Shown: positions 1-9,950, counted from the stretch's first letter. The stretch is 64,000 nucleotides of DNA from Patescibacteria group bacterium (GCA_028716045.1 JAQUQO010000001.1:320942-384941); one strand, 5' to 3'. The notes: generated by a model not told the origin, from the letters alone. Program-made: numbers and translations.

Positions 1-2
1 TT

Positions 3-146
3 GAAGATTTAAAGAATAAAATACAAGAGTTGGTTAATCACCCGGAAATAGTGGGAGAACGGGGAGAAAAAGGGAAAGAATTTATAGAAAAAAATTACAA
101 TTGGGATAAAATTGCCGAGGAAACTTTGGAAATATACAAAGGTTGA
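3..146 (+). CDS. 3' end of a glycosyltransferase, family 4-like (partial)
   Basis: Manual translation gives EDLKNKIQELVNHPEIVGERGEKGKEFIEKNYNWDKIAEETLEIYKG*, a typical GT4 C-terminus. Confidence 0.75.
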   Translation, partial: EDLKNKIQELVNHPEIVGERGEKGKEFIEKNYNWDKIAEETLEIYKG

Positions 147-203
147 ACAAGGCGAGTATTTTTAGTCAATTTTATAAATACGAATTGTTTAATATCTTGG
201 CGC

Positions 204-232
204 TTGACAGGTTTTTAGAATTATGCTATAGT
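204..232 (+). promoter_or_regulatory. sigma70-type promoter with extended -10
   Basis: TTGACA (204-209), 17-nt spacer, TGc-TATAGT (227-232). Confidence 0.7.
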
Positions 233-382
233 ATGGTCAGAGAAAGGGTGCGGTAAAAACCGCCCCAAAATAGCATCTCCCCCCGTTGTGCGTTTAACGC
301 GCCGGCGGGAAAAAGGGAGTTTTGTTCTGCCAAAATATTGTATTGAGTTAATTTTAACTTGATACGTCGGGTTTTAGGAGGT

Positions 383-511
383 ATGTCTTTGGCCAAGCGT
401 ACCAGAGAGTTTAGGGGAACGGTTGTTCTCCCTCCCGATGAGTTAGTTCTGGCGACGGATAAAAAGCGCGCAAAAGCGTCACCGGAAAGTCCTCTAGGAA
501 ATTTTTCCTAA
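383..511 (+). CDS. putative 40-42 aa small protein behind a structured leader
   Basis: AGGAGG at 376-381; ATG at 383 or in-frame TTG at 389; MSLAKRTREFRGTVVLPPDELVLATDKKRAKASPESPLGNFS*. Lies between the 204-232 promoter and a terminator. Confidence 0.35.
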   Translation: MSLAKRTREFRGTVVLPPDELVLATDKKRAKASPESPLGNFS

Positions 512-528
512 AAAACTCTAAAATTATT

Positions 529-568
529 GCGCCGGGAACCCAGAGGGGGTCTCCGGCGCTTTTTTTTT
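529..568 (+). terminator. intrinsic terminator
   Basis: GCGCCGGGA...CTCCGGCGC stem followed by T9. Confidence 0.75.
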
Positions 569-594
569 CTTATCAGATAGGGTAAAATATAGCC

Positions 595-2475
595 ATGATT
601 GCCGAAATTATACCGGCAATAAAATTGCCGAGAAATTTTACCTACTTTGACTATTTGGTTCCCGAGGAGCTGAAGAGTAGTCTGCGCGTGGGGCAGATAG
701 TTCAAATACCTTTCCGTGGCCAAAAAATTGAAGGGCTGGTTTATAATATAAAAAAAGGCAGTGAATCAAAATTTAAAAAATTGAAAGCCATAATAAAAAT
801 ACCTATCAACCCGCCGGTTTTTGATAGAGAGGATATTGAGCTAATAAAATGGCTGGCTAATTATTATTTCATTTCTTGGGGGCTGTCCGCCAAACAATTT
901 ATCCCCGATTTTCCCAAAAGAAAATCCCAGTCCCAAGAAATAATCACTTCTAATCTTTCAATTAATTTTGAGGTCAAGCCACGGCCAAGGGGATTGGGTT
1001 ATTTTCAATATAAAAATCAGGACGAAAAACACTCTTTTTATTTAGACACGGTTCGAAAAAATCAGGGGCAAAATAGGCAAACATTGTTTTTATCGCCAAC
1101 TATCAGTGGGGCGATAGAATTGAATAATTTTTTTATTCAGCATTTTAAAGGACAAACATCTCTGTTATTAAATAATTTATCAAAAGGTTCTTTTTATACC
1201 GAGTGGCTCAATATCTTAAATAACAAAAAAAGTATCATTATTGGAACTCGCAGCGCTATCTTTTCTCCCTTGAAAAATATTGGGGCGATTGTTTTGGACG
1301 AAGAATTCAGTGATGATTTTAAACAAGAAGAGCCAAACCCGCGTTACGACGCTCGCAGTTTGGCTATACAAATAAACAAACTTAAAAATATTTCGGTTAT
1401 TTTTTCCAGTCCCCTACCCCGGCTGGAAATGTACCCACAAATAAAATCCGGTAAGATAAAAATTTTAAGCAGTACGGAAATAAAATATGACAATTTAAAA
1501 ATCATAGATTTAAACGAAGAAATTCGAGCCGGTAATTATTCGTTACTAAGCGATTTCCTGGAGGAAAAAATTGCCGGTGTTTTAAAAAATAAAAAACAGA
1601 CACTACTATTTTTAAATCGCCGCGGTGGCGCCACGTACATTTATTGCGGTGATTGTTCCTATGTTTTTTCATGCGGAGAATGCCAATTACCCTTGGCAGA
1701 GTACGGAAAAATTCTACGTTGCCGGCATTGTAATAAAGAGTTTCCTTTTCCGCTTGCCTGCCCCGCCTGTTCCGGGACTAATCTAAAATTTTCCGGCAAA
1801 GGCACACAAAAAGTAGAATTTTTTATAAAAAATAAATTTCCCGACGCGATTTCTTTAAGATTGGATGCTGATGTTGATAAAAAGGATTTAGATCAAAAAA
1901 TACTCGCCAAGGCCGATATTATTATTGGCACAAACTTTATTTGGCAACGTTTAGATTGGAGTAAAATCGGGCTTGTCGGTGTGCTTAATTTTGATAATTT
2001 TATAAACCATCAAGATTTCAGGACCAGAGAAAAGCAAGGCCATTTTTTAGCCAATTTAAAAACGCATTTTGATGGGCCACTTGTTATCCAGACACACTCC
2101 CTGGATAATCCAGTTTTTCAATATTTAAAGAATGGAGATTGGCAGGAATTTTTTAACAAAGAGCTGGAAATTAGGAACTCTTTTTCTTATCCCCCATATT
2201 CGCATCTGATTAAACTTATTTATCAAGATAGTAATGATAAAAAAGCCGAAAGAGAGTCAGCGAAAATTTATAAACTATTAGCAAGTAAAATCAAAGGATT
2301 AGCTGGAGTAGAATTAATTCCCCCGATCCAGTATTATGGTTTAAAAATACGCGGAAAATATCGCTGGAATTTAGTGCTTAAAGTCCGCCAGGATTCTTGG
2401 AATAAAATTTATGAAATTTTGAAAGTCGTGCCGGCAAACTGGTTAATTGATATAGACCCGAGTAATCTTCTTTAG
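595..2475 (+). CDS. priA: primosomal protein N' (PriA)
   Basis: N-terminal FDYLVP, GTRSAIFSP, FKQEEPNPRYDAR, LNRRG and four CxxC pairs; helicase motif I looks degenerate. Confidence 0.93.
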   Translation: MIAEIIPAIKLPRNFTYFDYLVPEELKSSLRVGQIVQIPFRGQKIEGLVYNIKKGSESKFKKLKAIIKIPINPPVFDREDIELIKWLANYYFISWGLSAKQFIPDFPKRKSQSQEIITSNLSINFEVKPRPRGLGYFQYKNQDEKHSFYLDTVRKNQGQNRQTLFLSPTISGAIELNNFFIQHFKGQTSLLLNNLSKGSFYTEWLNILNNKKSIIIGTRSAIFSPLKNIGAIVLDEEFSDDFKQEEPNPRYDARSLAIQINKLKNISVIFSSPLPRLEMYPQIKSGKIKILSSTEIKYDNLKIIDLNEEIRAGNYSLLSDFLEEKIAGVLKNKKQTLLFLNRRGGATYIYCGDCSYVFSCGECQLPLAEYGKILRCRHCNKEFPFPLACPACSGTNLKFSGKGTQKVEFFIKNKFPDAISLRLDADVDKKDLDQKILAKADIIIGTNFIWQRLDWSKIGLVGVLNFDNFINHQDFRTREKQGHFLANLKTHFDGPLVIQTHSLDNPVFQYLKNGDWQEFFNKELEIRNSFSYPPYSHLIKLIYQDSNDKKAERESAKIYKLLASKIKGLAGVELIPPIQYYGLKIRGKYRWNLVLKVRQDSWNKIYEILKVVPANWLIDIDPSNLL

Positions 2476-2526
2476 AGTTGACTTTTTTATTGCCAAATAC
2501 TATAATGTTTGGTCAATATAAAATAT

Positions 2527-2985
2527 ATGGCTAAAAAATTGCCCATAGAAAAGGGTGAAAAAAATAAAATATTGCGCAGAAAGTCGGTGGAGTTAGCCAC
2601 CGAAAAAATTACCTCTTCAGAAATCAAGGAGTTGATTGGCGATATAATAAAGACGATGAAAGAAGAAAAAGGTGTTGGTTTAGCTGCTCCACAAATCGGA
2701 GAAAATATCCGTTTGTTTTGTGTTGATACCAAAGAAAAACCTTTGATTTTTATTAACCCTCGTATAACAAAAAAATCTCTCGGGAAAGAAATAGCCGACG
2801 AGGGATGTTTGTCATTGCCAGGAGTATGGGGTCCAGTAAAGAGAAGTAAAAGCGTAGAAGTGTCTTTTTATAACGAGCAGGGTATAAAAATAAAAATTAA
2901 AGCGAGCGGTCTGCTTGCCCGGGTGATTCAACATGAGTATGACCATTTAGACGGTATTTTATTTATTGACAGATTGAAAAAATAA
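2527..2985 (+). CDS. def: peptide deformylase
   Basis: GVGLAAPQIG, EGCLS and QHEYDHLDG motifs; ATG at 2527 preferred as start. Confidence 0.97.
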   Translation: MAKKLPIEKGEKNKILRRKSVELATEKITSSEIKELIGDIIKTMKEEKGVGLAAPQIGENIRLFCVDTKEKPLIFINPRITKKSLGKEIADEGCLSLPGVWGPVKRSKSVEVSFYNEQGIKIKIKASGLLARVIQHEYDHLDGILFIDRLKK

Positions 2986-3091
2986 AATGGGAGAGCTACA
3001 CAATTATAGCTCTCCCCTCTGCCGGGTTGGAGTTGTCTCTTTTGGACAATCGGTTAAATAATATAATATTAAATATTTTTTGTCAATATTA

Positions 3092-4039
3092 ATGTTCAAA
3101 AATAGTAAAAGAGTAATTTTTATGGGCACTTCCGAATTCGCAGTGCCTATTTTAGAAAAACTGATAAAAAATTATCAGATTATTGGCGTATTTACCCAGT
3201 CGGATAAACCACTTGGAAGAAATAAAGAATTGGCAAAATCCCCCGTTAAAGAATTGGCTTTGAAAAATAATCTAACTATTTTCCAACCGCAAAATTTGAA
3301 AGAACAGAATGCGTTAAACCAGATAAAAGAATTAAGCCCCGATTTAATCGTAGTGGTGGCTTATGGGAAAATTATCCCTCAAAATATTATAAAAATTCCT
3401 AAATATGGCGTGATTAATATCCACGGCTCTCTTTTGCCAGAATATCGAGGCGCCTCCCCTATTCAAACAGCAATATTGAATGGTGGGGAAAAAACAGGAG
3501 TAACTATAATGCTTATTGATGAAAAAATGGACCACGGCCCAGTATTGGCAAAGCAGGAATTAGGAATCACGAATAACGACACAACGGAAACGCTTAGCAA
3601 AAAATTGTCTGTTTTAGGAGCTGATTTACTTATTAAGATTTTACCCGATTATTTGTCGGGGAAAATGAAACCTACAGAACAAAATCACGAGCAGGCAACT
3701 TTTACAAAAATAACTACTCGCGAAGATGGCCAAATTGATTGGTTTAAATCAGCCGAAGAAATAGAGCGGCAATGGCGCGCTTTTACTCCCTGGCCGGGAA
3801 TTTTTACTTTTTGGGACGGGAAACGATTAAAATTAAACGCTATTAGGATTTTAAATACGGATAATAACCCGGCGCAAGATATTGGAAAAGTTTTCTTAAT
3901 CGATGACGATAACATGGGGATTTATTGCGGCAAAGGAAGTTTGATTTTAGAAAAACTACAACTTGAAGGCAAAAAGGAATTAACCGGACAAGAATTCAGG
4001 CGAGGATATAAAAATATAATTGGTGCGGAATTAGGATAA
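3092..4039 (+). CDS. fmt: methionyl-tRNA formyltransferase
   Basis: IFMGTSEFA, VVAYGKII, NIHGSLLPEYRGASPIQ and MDHGP motifs; follows def. Confidence 0.97.
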   Translation: MFKNSKRVIFMGTSEFAVPILEKLIKNYQIIGVFTQSDKPLGRNKELAKSPVKELALKNNLTIFQPQNLKEQNALNQIKELSPDLIVVVAYGKIIPQNIIKIPKYGVINIHGSLLPEYRGASPIQTAILNGGEKTGVTIMLIDEKMDHGPVLAKQELGITNNDTTETLSKKLSVLGADLLIKILPDYLSGKMKPTEQNHEQATFTKITTREDGQIDWFKSAEEIERQWRAFTPWPGIFTFWDGKRLKLNAIRILNTDNNPAQDIGKVFLIDDDNMGIYCGKGSLILEKLQLEGKKELTGQEFRRGYKNIIGAELG

Positions 4040-4055
4040 ATTTTATAGAAAATAG

Positions 4056-4083
4056 AAAAACCACGGATGATTCCGTGGTTTTT
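4056..4083. terminator. bidirectional intrinsic terminator
   Basis: AAAAACCACGGA-TGAT-TCCGTGGTTTTT between convergent genes. Confidence 0.8.
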
Positions 4084-4118
4084 GCGGTATAGTTACAATT
4101 CTTTTTGTTTTTGGAAAG

Positions 4119-6311
4119 CTATGCCTCGGGGCTATATCCTCGCTGAGTGAGGATAAAACGTAGGTGACGACGGACAGAGGGGACAGTGAGATAAAGCTGA
4201 TTAAACTGGGTAGCGTTTATTTTATAAACAGTCACCCTGCTAATCGCTTTAATTGTGGCGGTTCTTTCTTTCTGTAGCTCAAGAGCTACAATTTCGCCCA
4301 CAATATCTCGCGGGCCAAGAACCGCAATCTGCTCCCCTCCTTTTTCCACACTTACTTCGCCCTCAAAGATGACATAACAATCCTTTGAAGTTGTCCCTTC
4401 GTTGATGATAATCATTCCCTCGGGAAAGACCATTTTTTCAGCGAAAGAACTGATTTTCGCGAGCAGTTGAGCTGAAACCTCAGCGAAAATTTTCACCCGA
4501 CGGAGAAAATCTCTTGTTTTCCACATAGTCTGAAGAGCTGAGATTGTTTCGGGATTATGACTTATAAACTCAGTAAAAATTTCTCCGGGAATAGAGAATA
4601 TTTTCACTGGCGAAACGGCTCTAACGGTTGCATTTCGCGGTTTTCGTTGGACAAAAGCCATTTCCCCAAAAATATCCCCGGCTTGCAGTAGGGCAATTTT
4701 CTTTTGAGAAGAATTGGAGCCGACCAATACTTCAAATATGCCACTTAAAACCACATAGACATTGTCCGCTTTACTTCCCTCTTCTATTACTACTGTTCCA
4801 GTCGGTTTATTTTGGATTGTTCCGCTTTGTAGAAAAGCAGAAAGCCAGGATCGGTCAACCCCGAGTTGATTAAGAGCATCTTGGATGCTTATTACATCAA
4901 ATAGGTCGCTGTTACCTGGTACCAGATTAAAATGCTGGGTAGGTCGGAGAAGATGATTTTTGATTTCAGGGGGAAGCTTAGAAGAGTTACTGTGGGTTAA
5001 GAAAATCTTTTCTCTCACTTCCGGGTTACTTTCGATGTAAGAAGCGAAGTCTACGGGTTTCCCATGAAGGGGCGCCCCGCCGGCGTCATAAACGGCCATT
5101 ACTATGTCCTCCCGTTTAGTGGCATTGAGTATTTCCAAGAGGCGATCTCGGCGATTATCCGAAATAACCCCCTTTTGGTGAAGCTCCTCTATGCCGGTCC
5201 AGGAAAGATTATCTCCGCCGATAAGAAGACTTTTCTTTTCTCCGTTACTATCCACTATTGAAAAAGTGAAGCCGATAGTAGGAATACTATGCGCGTTGTA
5301 ATGAGCGGTAATACAACCGCCAGGGATTTTTACCGGTTTAGTCGGAGTAAGGAGGACAAAGTCAAAGTACCCCCTTACCTCGTTTTCGTCGATATCCCAG
5401 ATAGCCGAGATTTTCAGACAGAGTGAGCCGAAAATTTCCGGAGTAGTAATCACTTTTAGCTTTTTGTCCTTGCGGTGAATTGATGATGCGGCCCAGTGGT
5501 CGTCATGGACATGAGTCGGACAGACGGCTTCTATCTGAAGTAAGCTCAATCCCATTCTTTCTACCACTTCGGCTACGTACGGCATAGAATCAATAAGATA
5601 GAAAAGTCCCCTCGCTCCAGCTATAAGACCGCTGCAAGCGTTCTCGGGGTCAAAACCGTTTGACGCACTTAGCACCTCTAAGCCGAGACTTGACGGCTCA
5701 ACAGCTTTGTAGAAAACTGGCAAGGGAAACGGAGGAATTTGTTCTCCTTCAAAATTGAGATTAATAACATCGAGGTCGTTGACCAAAAAGATGTTTTTGT
5801 CGAGTTTAGCGATTTTAACACCTCTAGCCCCTTCTTGAATTACCACTTCTCCCAACTCGTTAAAATAGTGAAAATCCACTAAATCACGAATTTGGAGAAT
5901 TTTACCATCTCTTTTGAGGGCAAAGTGGTCCATTTCGCGGCGGAGCATCTCTGCTACTCCCTTAGAAGTTCCCCAACGTTTCATCTCTTCGTCAGTCGGT
6001 CCTAAAAGAGTAATACGTAAAATCGTCTCAATCTGTTGGCACTGTTTTTTTGTGCCGACGATTATCAATTTTTCTCCTCTAGAAAATCCGCCGGAATTGA
6101 AAAGATGATAATAGAGAATAAATTCAAAGGAGAATTGAGAGTTGCCGCCGACATAAGGGACGGAGGGGGCAACGACAATTCTCACCCTAGGAGAATCGGG
6201 TGTTTGCAATATTTTTTTTACCACCTCGGGTGGCGCGCCAAACAGCACTCCTCCTATTTCCGTTTTAACCAAATAACACCCTTCACAAAGTTTTATTGTT
6301 TGCTCGTTCAT
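4119..6311 (-). CDS. metallo-beta-lactamase-fold protein with two C-terminal cyclic-nucleotide-binding domains
   Basis: THVHDDH (HxHxDH), HSIPTIG and FLTH MBL motifs; two cNMP-binding signatures, GDIFGEMAF..PRNATVRA and DIVGEIVAL..RTATIKA. Confidence 0.85.
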   Translation of the reverse strand: MNEQTIKLCEGCYLVKTEIGGVLFGAPPEVVKKILQTPDSPRVRIVVAPSVPYVGGNSQFSFEFILYYHLFNSGGFSRGEKLIIVGTKKQCQQIETILRITLLGPTDEEMKRWGTSKGVAEMLRREMDHFALKRDGKILQIRDLVDFHYFNELGEVVIQEGARGVKIAKLDKNIFLVNDLDVINLNFEGEQIPPFPLPVFYKAVEPSSLGLEVLSASNGFDPENACSGLIAGARGLFYLIDSMPYVAEVVERMGLSLLQIEAVCPTHVHDDHWAASSIHRKDKKLKVITTPEIFGSLCLKISAIWDIDENEVRGYFDFVLLTPTKPVKIPGGCITAHYNAHSIPTIGFTFSIVDSNGEKKSLLIGGDNLSWTGIEELHQKGVISDNRRDRLLEILNATKREDIVMAVYDAGGAPLHGKPVDFASYIESNPEVREKIFLTHSNSSKLPPEIKNHLLRPTQHFNLVPGNSDLFDVISIQDALNQLGVDRSWLSAFLQSGTIQNKPTGTVVIEEGSKADNVYVVLSGIFEVLVGSNSSQKKIALLQAGDIFGEMAFVQRKPRNATVRAVSPVKIFSIPGEIFTEFISHNPETISALQTMWKTRDFLRRVKIFAEVSAQLLAKISSFAEKMVFPEGMIIINEGTTSKDCYVIFEGEVSVEKGGEQIAVLGPRDIVGEIVALELQKERTATIKAISRVTVYKINATQFNQLYLTVPSVRRHLRFILTQRGYSPEA

Positions 6312-6319
6312 TGTAAAAA

Positions 6320-6543
6320 CCTCCTAATTATGGGCACATGGCCCGGGTTAAGAAAAGAGGCCGTCATTTGAGTTCAACCCTTAAAACACTACTAAATATT
6401 TCATGTTTCTTGGTGGTTTGGTCCTACTAAATATTTCGGACCCGACCCAAATGCGTTAATGACGACGTACAAACACTGTTTGTCAAAGAACCGTAACTTA
6501 CCGCTAACACAGCTAATATACCCCAAGGGTTTAAAAAAGTCAA
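6320..6543 (-). promoter_or_regulatory. promoter, boxA-like motif and about 200-nt structured leader
   Basis: TTGACT (6543-6538), 17 nt, TATATT (6520-6515); GTTCTTTGACAAAC (6491-6478); twin hairpins with identical loops; AGGAGG (6325-6320). Confidence 0.6.
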
Positions 6544-6572
6544 TATTAAAAAACCGCGATTTATTATCGCGG

Positions 6573-6806
6573 TTAGTGAACACTTTTGGCGATTTTCCAA
6601 AGAAATCTTGCTATAAAAAACAGCAGCAAAAGTGTAAAAAGAACAAAAGTAAGGGTGGGCAAAATTTTTGGTAAAAATTCGGGGTGTTTCCAGTACACAT
6701 CCGCAATTTTAAGCGGAATATAGAGGGTATAAACAGTAATTAAGCCTATGCCCACCTGACAGCACAGAAAAAAAGTTTTTAAGAAAGCAAGTATTTTTCT
6801 CTCCAT
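6573..6806 (-). CDS. small two-TM hypothetical protein
   Basis: AAGGAGGAG SD before ATG 6806; TTGACA/TATAAT upstream; two hydrophobic segments. Confidence 0.65.
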   Translation of the reverse strand: MERKILAFLKTFFLCCQVGIGLITVYTLYIPLKIADVYWKHPEFLPKILPTLTFVLFTLLLLFFIARFLWKIAKSVH

Positions 6807-6882
6807 TTCTCCTCCTTTTACAGATTCCGTATTATAGCGCAAAAAATTTATTTGTCAAGACCCGCCGATCGCGACTGAGATG

Positions 6883-8382
6883 TTAAGTACTTGACATAAT
6901 CGCCGATTCAAATAAAGAGCTGCAAAGAATAAGGTATCCGATTCCCAGCGGATGGTTGAGATAAGGGCTGAAAAAATTAGTTCCGATAATAGCGATTAAG
7001 CCCAAAATTGTTCCCAAAATCAAATAACCAGCGCTCTCATTTTTTAAACCTTTCCACTTCACGAATCCTTGTTTAGATATTTTGTAAAGAAGCAGAAGAT
7101 AAATTGCGAGACCAAAAAAACCCAATTTTAACCAAATATCTAAGTATCCCCATTCAAAAGCAGAGGTTGTATAAAGTCCATCAGCAGTGGTTTCTAAAAT
7201 TCGCGGGTCAGAGGTTTTATAAGTTACAGCAGCGCCAAATCCTTCACCGGCAATAGGATTTTTCTTGATTTCTTTCCAAAGTTCCGGAAGAAGTTGCCAA
7301 CGGCTGGAGGCTCCGGCCTCGCTCAAATTAGTGAATCTGTCGCCAAACAAGGAAGCCGAAAATCCGCCTAATACTTTGGGGTAAGGGAAATTCGCCATGG
7401 TATAAACCAAACCAAAACTTATTATTAACAATAAAATAAAATAGAGACAACTTTTTAAAACAGAAACTAGTTGTTTATTGCTTAGCCAAAATAATAAAGG
7501 TAAAAATAAAATTCCCGCCGCCGCCCCGCCCAGCCAAAAGCTTCGGGAAAAACTGATGATAATAACCGCGCCATACGAGATAAAAAGTAAAATCAAAGGT
7601 AAAAAATTTTTATCCTCCAGCCAGACTTTTATTCCCCCACTCTTTTTTATAATCATCGCAATAAAAACAGCGGTGATAAAAATTCCCACCAAAACAAAAA
7701 TTTGCGACTGGATAAATATCCGATAAAAATTTCCCCCCGCAAAAGTAATCTCCCCCACTCCGGAATTTCTTACCCAATGATAAAGAGGAATGCTCACTTC
7801 CCATAAATTATGAGAAAAAATATAAAGCAGAGTGAATGTTTTTAAGGACAGAACGATAGTTGCGGCAAAGAAAATCTGAAGCAGGTTATAAAATTGACTT
7901 TTGTTTTTCAAAATTTCATAAAATGGAAAAATTAAAGCAAAATAAACCCAGGCATTAGCGTCAAAAAAAGCGGCGCTGAACTCATTTCTTAGTAAACCAT
8001 TTACTATCCCCCACCCAATAGCCAGAAAAATTAAAATGTATGGCCAAAACAGTTTTGATTCTCTAAAAAGTATTTTTTTTGTTTTTAGTAATTGCCAAAA
8101 CCAAACAGACATTACCACTAAGAACAAAGCTATTCTCAATGAAATAATTATCCCGTTATACTCAAAGAAAAAAAGATAACCCTTGGACCCGACAAATAAT
8201 TCCCCTAAAAGTATAAAAATTCCATATTCTGGTTTTCTAAGGGACAGAATAAGGGTAATTATTATAATCAAAAAGAAAAAGAGATGGTTTAGGGGCGTAA
8301 ATAAATACCCCAAAAAAGAAAGTAATTCAATAAAAAGAAGTGTGAGGGTAGTAATTTTAAAATATTTTCCGAAGAAGTTCAT
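6883..8382 (-). CDS. O-antigen ligase/polymerase family membrane protein
   Basis: Multi-TM protein with SFSRSFWLG, SSRWQL, NPIAGEGFG and GYLDIWLKLGFFGL (Wzy_C-like). Confidence 0.85.
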   Translation of the reverse strand: MNFFGKYFKITTLTLLFIELLSFLGYLFTPLNHLFFFLIIIITLILSLRKPEYGIFILLGELFVGSKGYLFFFEYNGIIISLRIALFLVVMSVWFWQLLKTKKILFRESKLFWPYILIFLAIGWGIVNGLLRNEFSAAFFDANAWVYFALIFPFYEILKNKSQFYNLLQIFFAATIVLSLKTFTLLYIFSHNLWEVSIPLYHWVRNSGVGEITFAGGNFYRIFIQSQIFVLVGIFITAVFIAMIIKKSGGIKVWLEDKNFLPLILLFISYGAVIIISFSRSFWLGGAAAGILFLPLLFWLSNKQLVSVLKSCLYFILLLIISFGLVYTMANFPYPKVLGGFSASLFGDRFTNLSEAGASSRWQLLPELWKEIKKNPIAGEGFGAAVTYKTSDPRILETTADGLYTTSAFEWGYLDIWLKLGFFGLAIYLLLLYKISKQGFVKWKGLKNESAGYLILGTILGLIAIIGTNFFSPYLNHPLGIGYLILCSSLFESAIMSST

Positions 8383-8389
8383 AAGTTAT

Positions 8390-9160
8390 TTAGAATCCAT
8401 TTTTTATAAAATAATACCAGGCGCTGCGAAAAAACAGCCATTGTTTTTTAATTACTTTTTGCTGGGCAAAACTTTGTCCGCCATAATGGATAATTTTGCC
8501 CAACGGTGCAAAATAAACTTTATAACCATTTTTTTGAGCTCGTTTGCATAAATCAACCTCTTCAAACCAGATAAAAAATTTTTCGTCAAATAACCCAACT
8601 TTTTCAAACAACTCTCTTTTTATAAGTATAAAAGCGCCCATCACCTGCTCAACCTCCGCCATGGATTGGTAATTAAAATCAGTTGCTAAATACCTGCTGA
8701 CAGTGCTTAGATTTGAAAAAAGTTTTGGCAGTTTTAAAAAAATTAAAAATATCGGCCAGAATGAGGGGAATCTGCGAACCGACGGCTGAATTGTTTTATC
8801 TGCATTTAAAATTTGGCAACCGACGATTCCGGCGTCTTTTTTTGATTTAATAAAATCCAGCGTTTTTTCTATGGCCCCATCTAAAATTTCCGTATCCGGA
8901 TTTAAAATTAAAATGAAATCGCCATGGCTTTCTTTAATCCCCTGATTATTCCCTTTAGCAAACCCTTCATTTTTTTTATTCACTATTAATTTAACTTGCG
9001 GAAAATTATTTCTGACCATTTCTGCGCTTCCGTCAGTTGAGGCATTATCAATTACAAAAATTTCAAAAGAGATATTTTTTGTTTCACGATAAATTGATTC
9101 CAGACATTTTTGAAGCAAGTTTTTGACGTTCCAGCTGACGATGATTATAGATAAGTCCAT
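8390..9160 (-). CDS. glycosyltransferase family 2 (WbbL-like)
   Basis: LSIIIVSWN, IDNASTDGS, NEGFAKGNNQG, LNPDT and FEEVDLCKR motifs. Confidence 0.92.
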   Translation of the reverse strand: MDLSIIIVSWNVKNLLQKCLESIYRETKNISFEIFVIDNASTDGSAEMVRNNFPQVKLIVNKKNEGFAKGNNQGIKESHGDFILILNPDTEILDGAIEKTLDFIKSKKDAGIVGCQILNADKTIQPSVRRFPSFWPIFLIFLKLPKLFSNLSTVSRYLATDFNYQSMAEVEQVMGAFILIKRELFEKVGLFDEKFFIWFEEVDLCKRAQKNGYKVYFAPLGKIIHYGGQSFAQQKVIKKQWLFFRSAWYYFIKNGF

Positions 9161-9168
9161 ATTTCTAG

Positions 9169-9873
9169 TTATAATCCATGTTTCTTTTTAATAATTTCCC
9201 TGGCTGCTTCGTATTTTTTTACAACCTTCGGTTTCCAGCCGATTTTATTCCAGGGAATTTTATATATAAAACTTGGCAACCAATTGCTCATTGTTCCTCC
9301 GGCTTGAGCTCTAAAAAGAAATTCTGGTATCCATTTGCCGACATAACCGCGCTCCAGCATGGTCAGCCACAAATCCCAATCTTGAAATTTTTTTAACGAT
9401 TCATCGAATTCGGGAAAATGTTCGCGGCGAATCAGCGCGGTGGTATGAATGTAAGGATATTGTTTTAATTTTTCGCCGTCAAACTCGTGAAGTTTAAATT
9501 TTTTCCAGCCAAAATAAAACGAGGAATAAACATAAGAAATTTCCGGATTAGCCTCTAAAACTCCTATCATTTTTTGCAGGGCGTCGGGTTTTAAAATTAT
9601 ATCCGCATCGCAAAATAAAATATATCGCCCGCGTGACTCTTGAAATCCCCTGTTTCTCGCCTTCGGCGCCCCTCCATTCTGTTGGTTGATTATTTTAATA
9701 CGAGTTTGATATTTTTCCAATTTTTGAAGAGTGTCATCAATAGAGCCATCATTAACCACAATAACTTCAAAATCCTGGAAAGTTTGGCTAAAAATACTTT
9801 CCAGACAACGGGAAATTGTTTTTCCCGCCTGATAGGCCGGAATAAGTATACTTATTTTGGGAGGTGTTGACAT
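9169..9873 (-). CDS. glycosyltransferase family 2
   Basis: ISILIPAY, VNDGSID, ARNRG, FCDAD and QDWDLWL motifs. Confidence 0.92.
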   Translation of the reverse strand: MSTPPKISILIPAYQAGKTISRCLESIFSQTFQDFEVIVVNDGSIDDTLQKLEKYQTRIKIINQQNGGAPKARNRGFQESRGRYILFCDADIILKPDALQKMIGVLEANPEISYVYSSFYFGWKKFKLHEFDGEKLKQYPYIHTTALIRREHFPEFDESLKKFQDWDLWLTMLERGYVGKWIPEFLFRAQAGGTMSNWLPSFIYKIPWNKIGWKPKVVKKYEAAREIIKKKHGL

Positions 9874-9950
9874 ATTTAGATAAAAATGCTAATTTGATAT
9901 ATAAACCAATAAGAACTTTAACAATTTAATAATCAAAGGAGGAATACGCT

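Noticed and set aside
484-492. GGAAAGTCC resembles RNase P RNA conserved region I
   Set aside because: No matching 3' conserved region before the terminator, and the motif lies near the end of the transcript.
6389-6437. Mini CRISPR array
   Set aside because: Only two 14-bp repeats and no cas genes; better explained as RNA hairpin loops.
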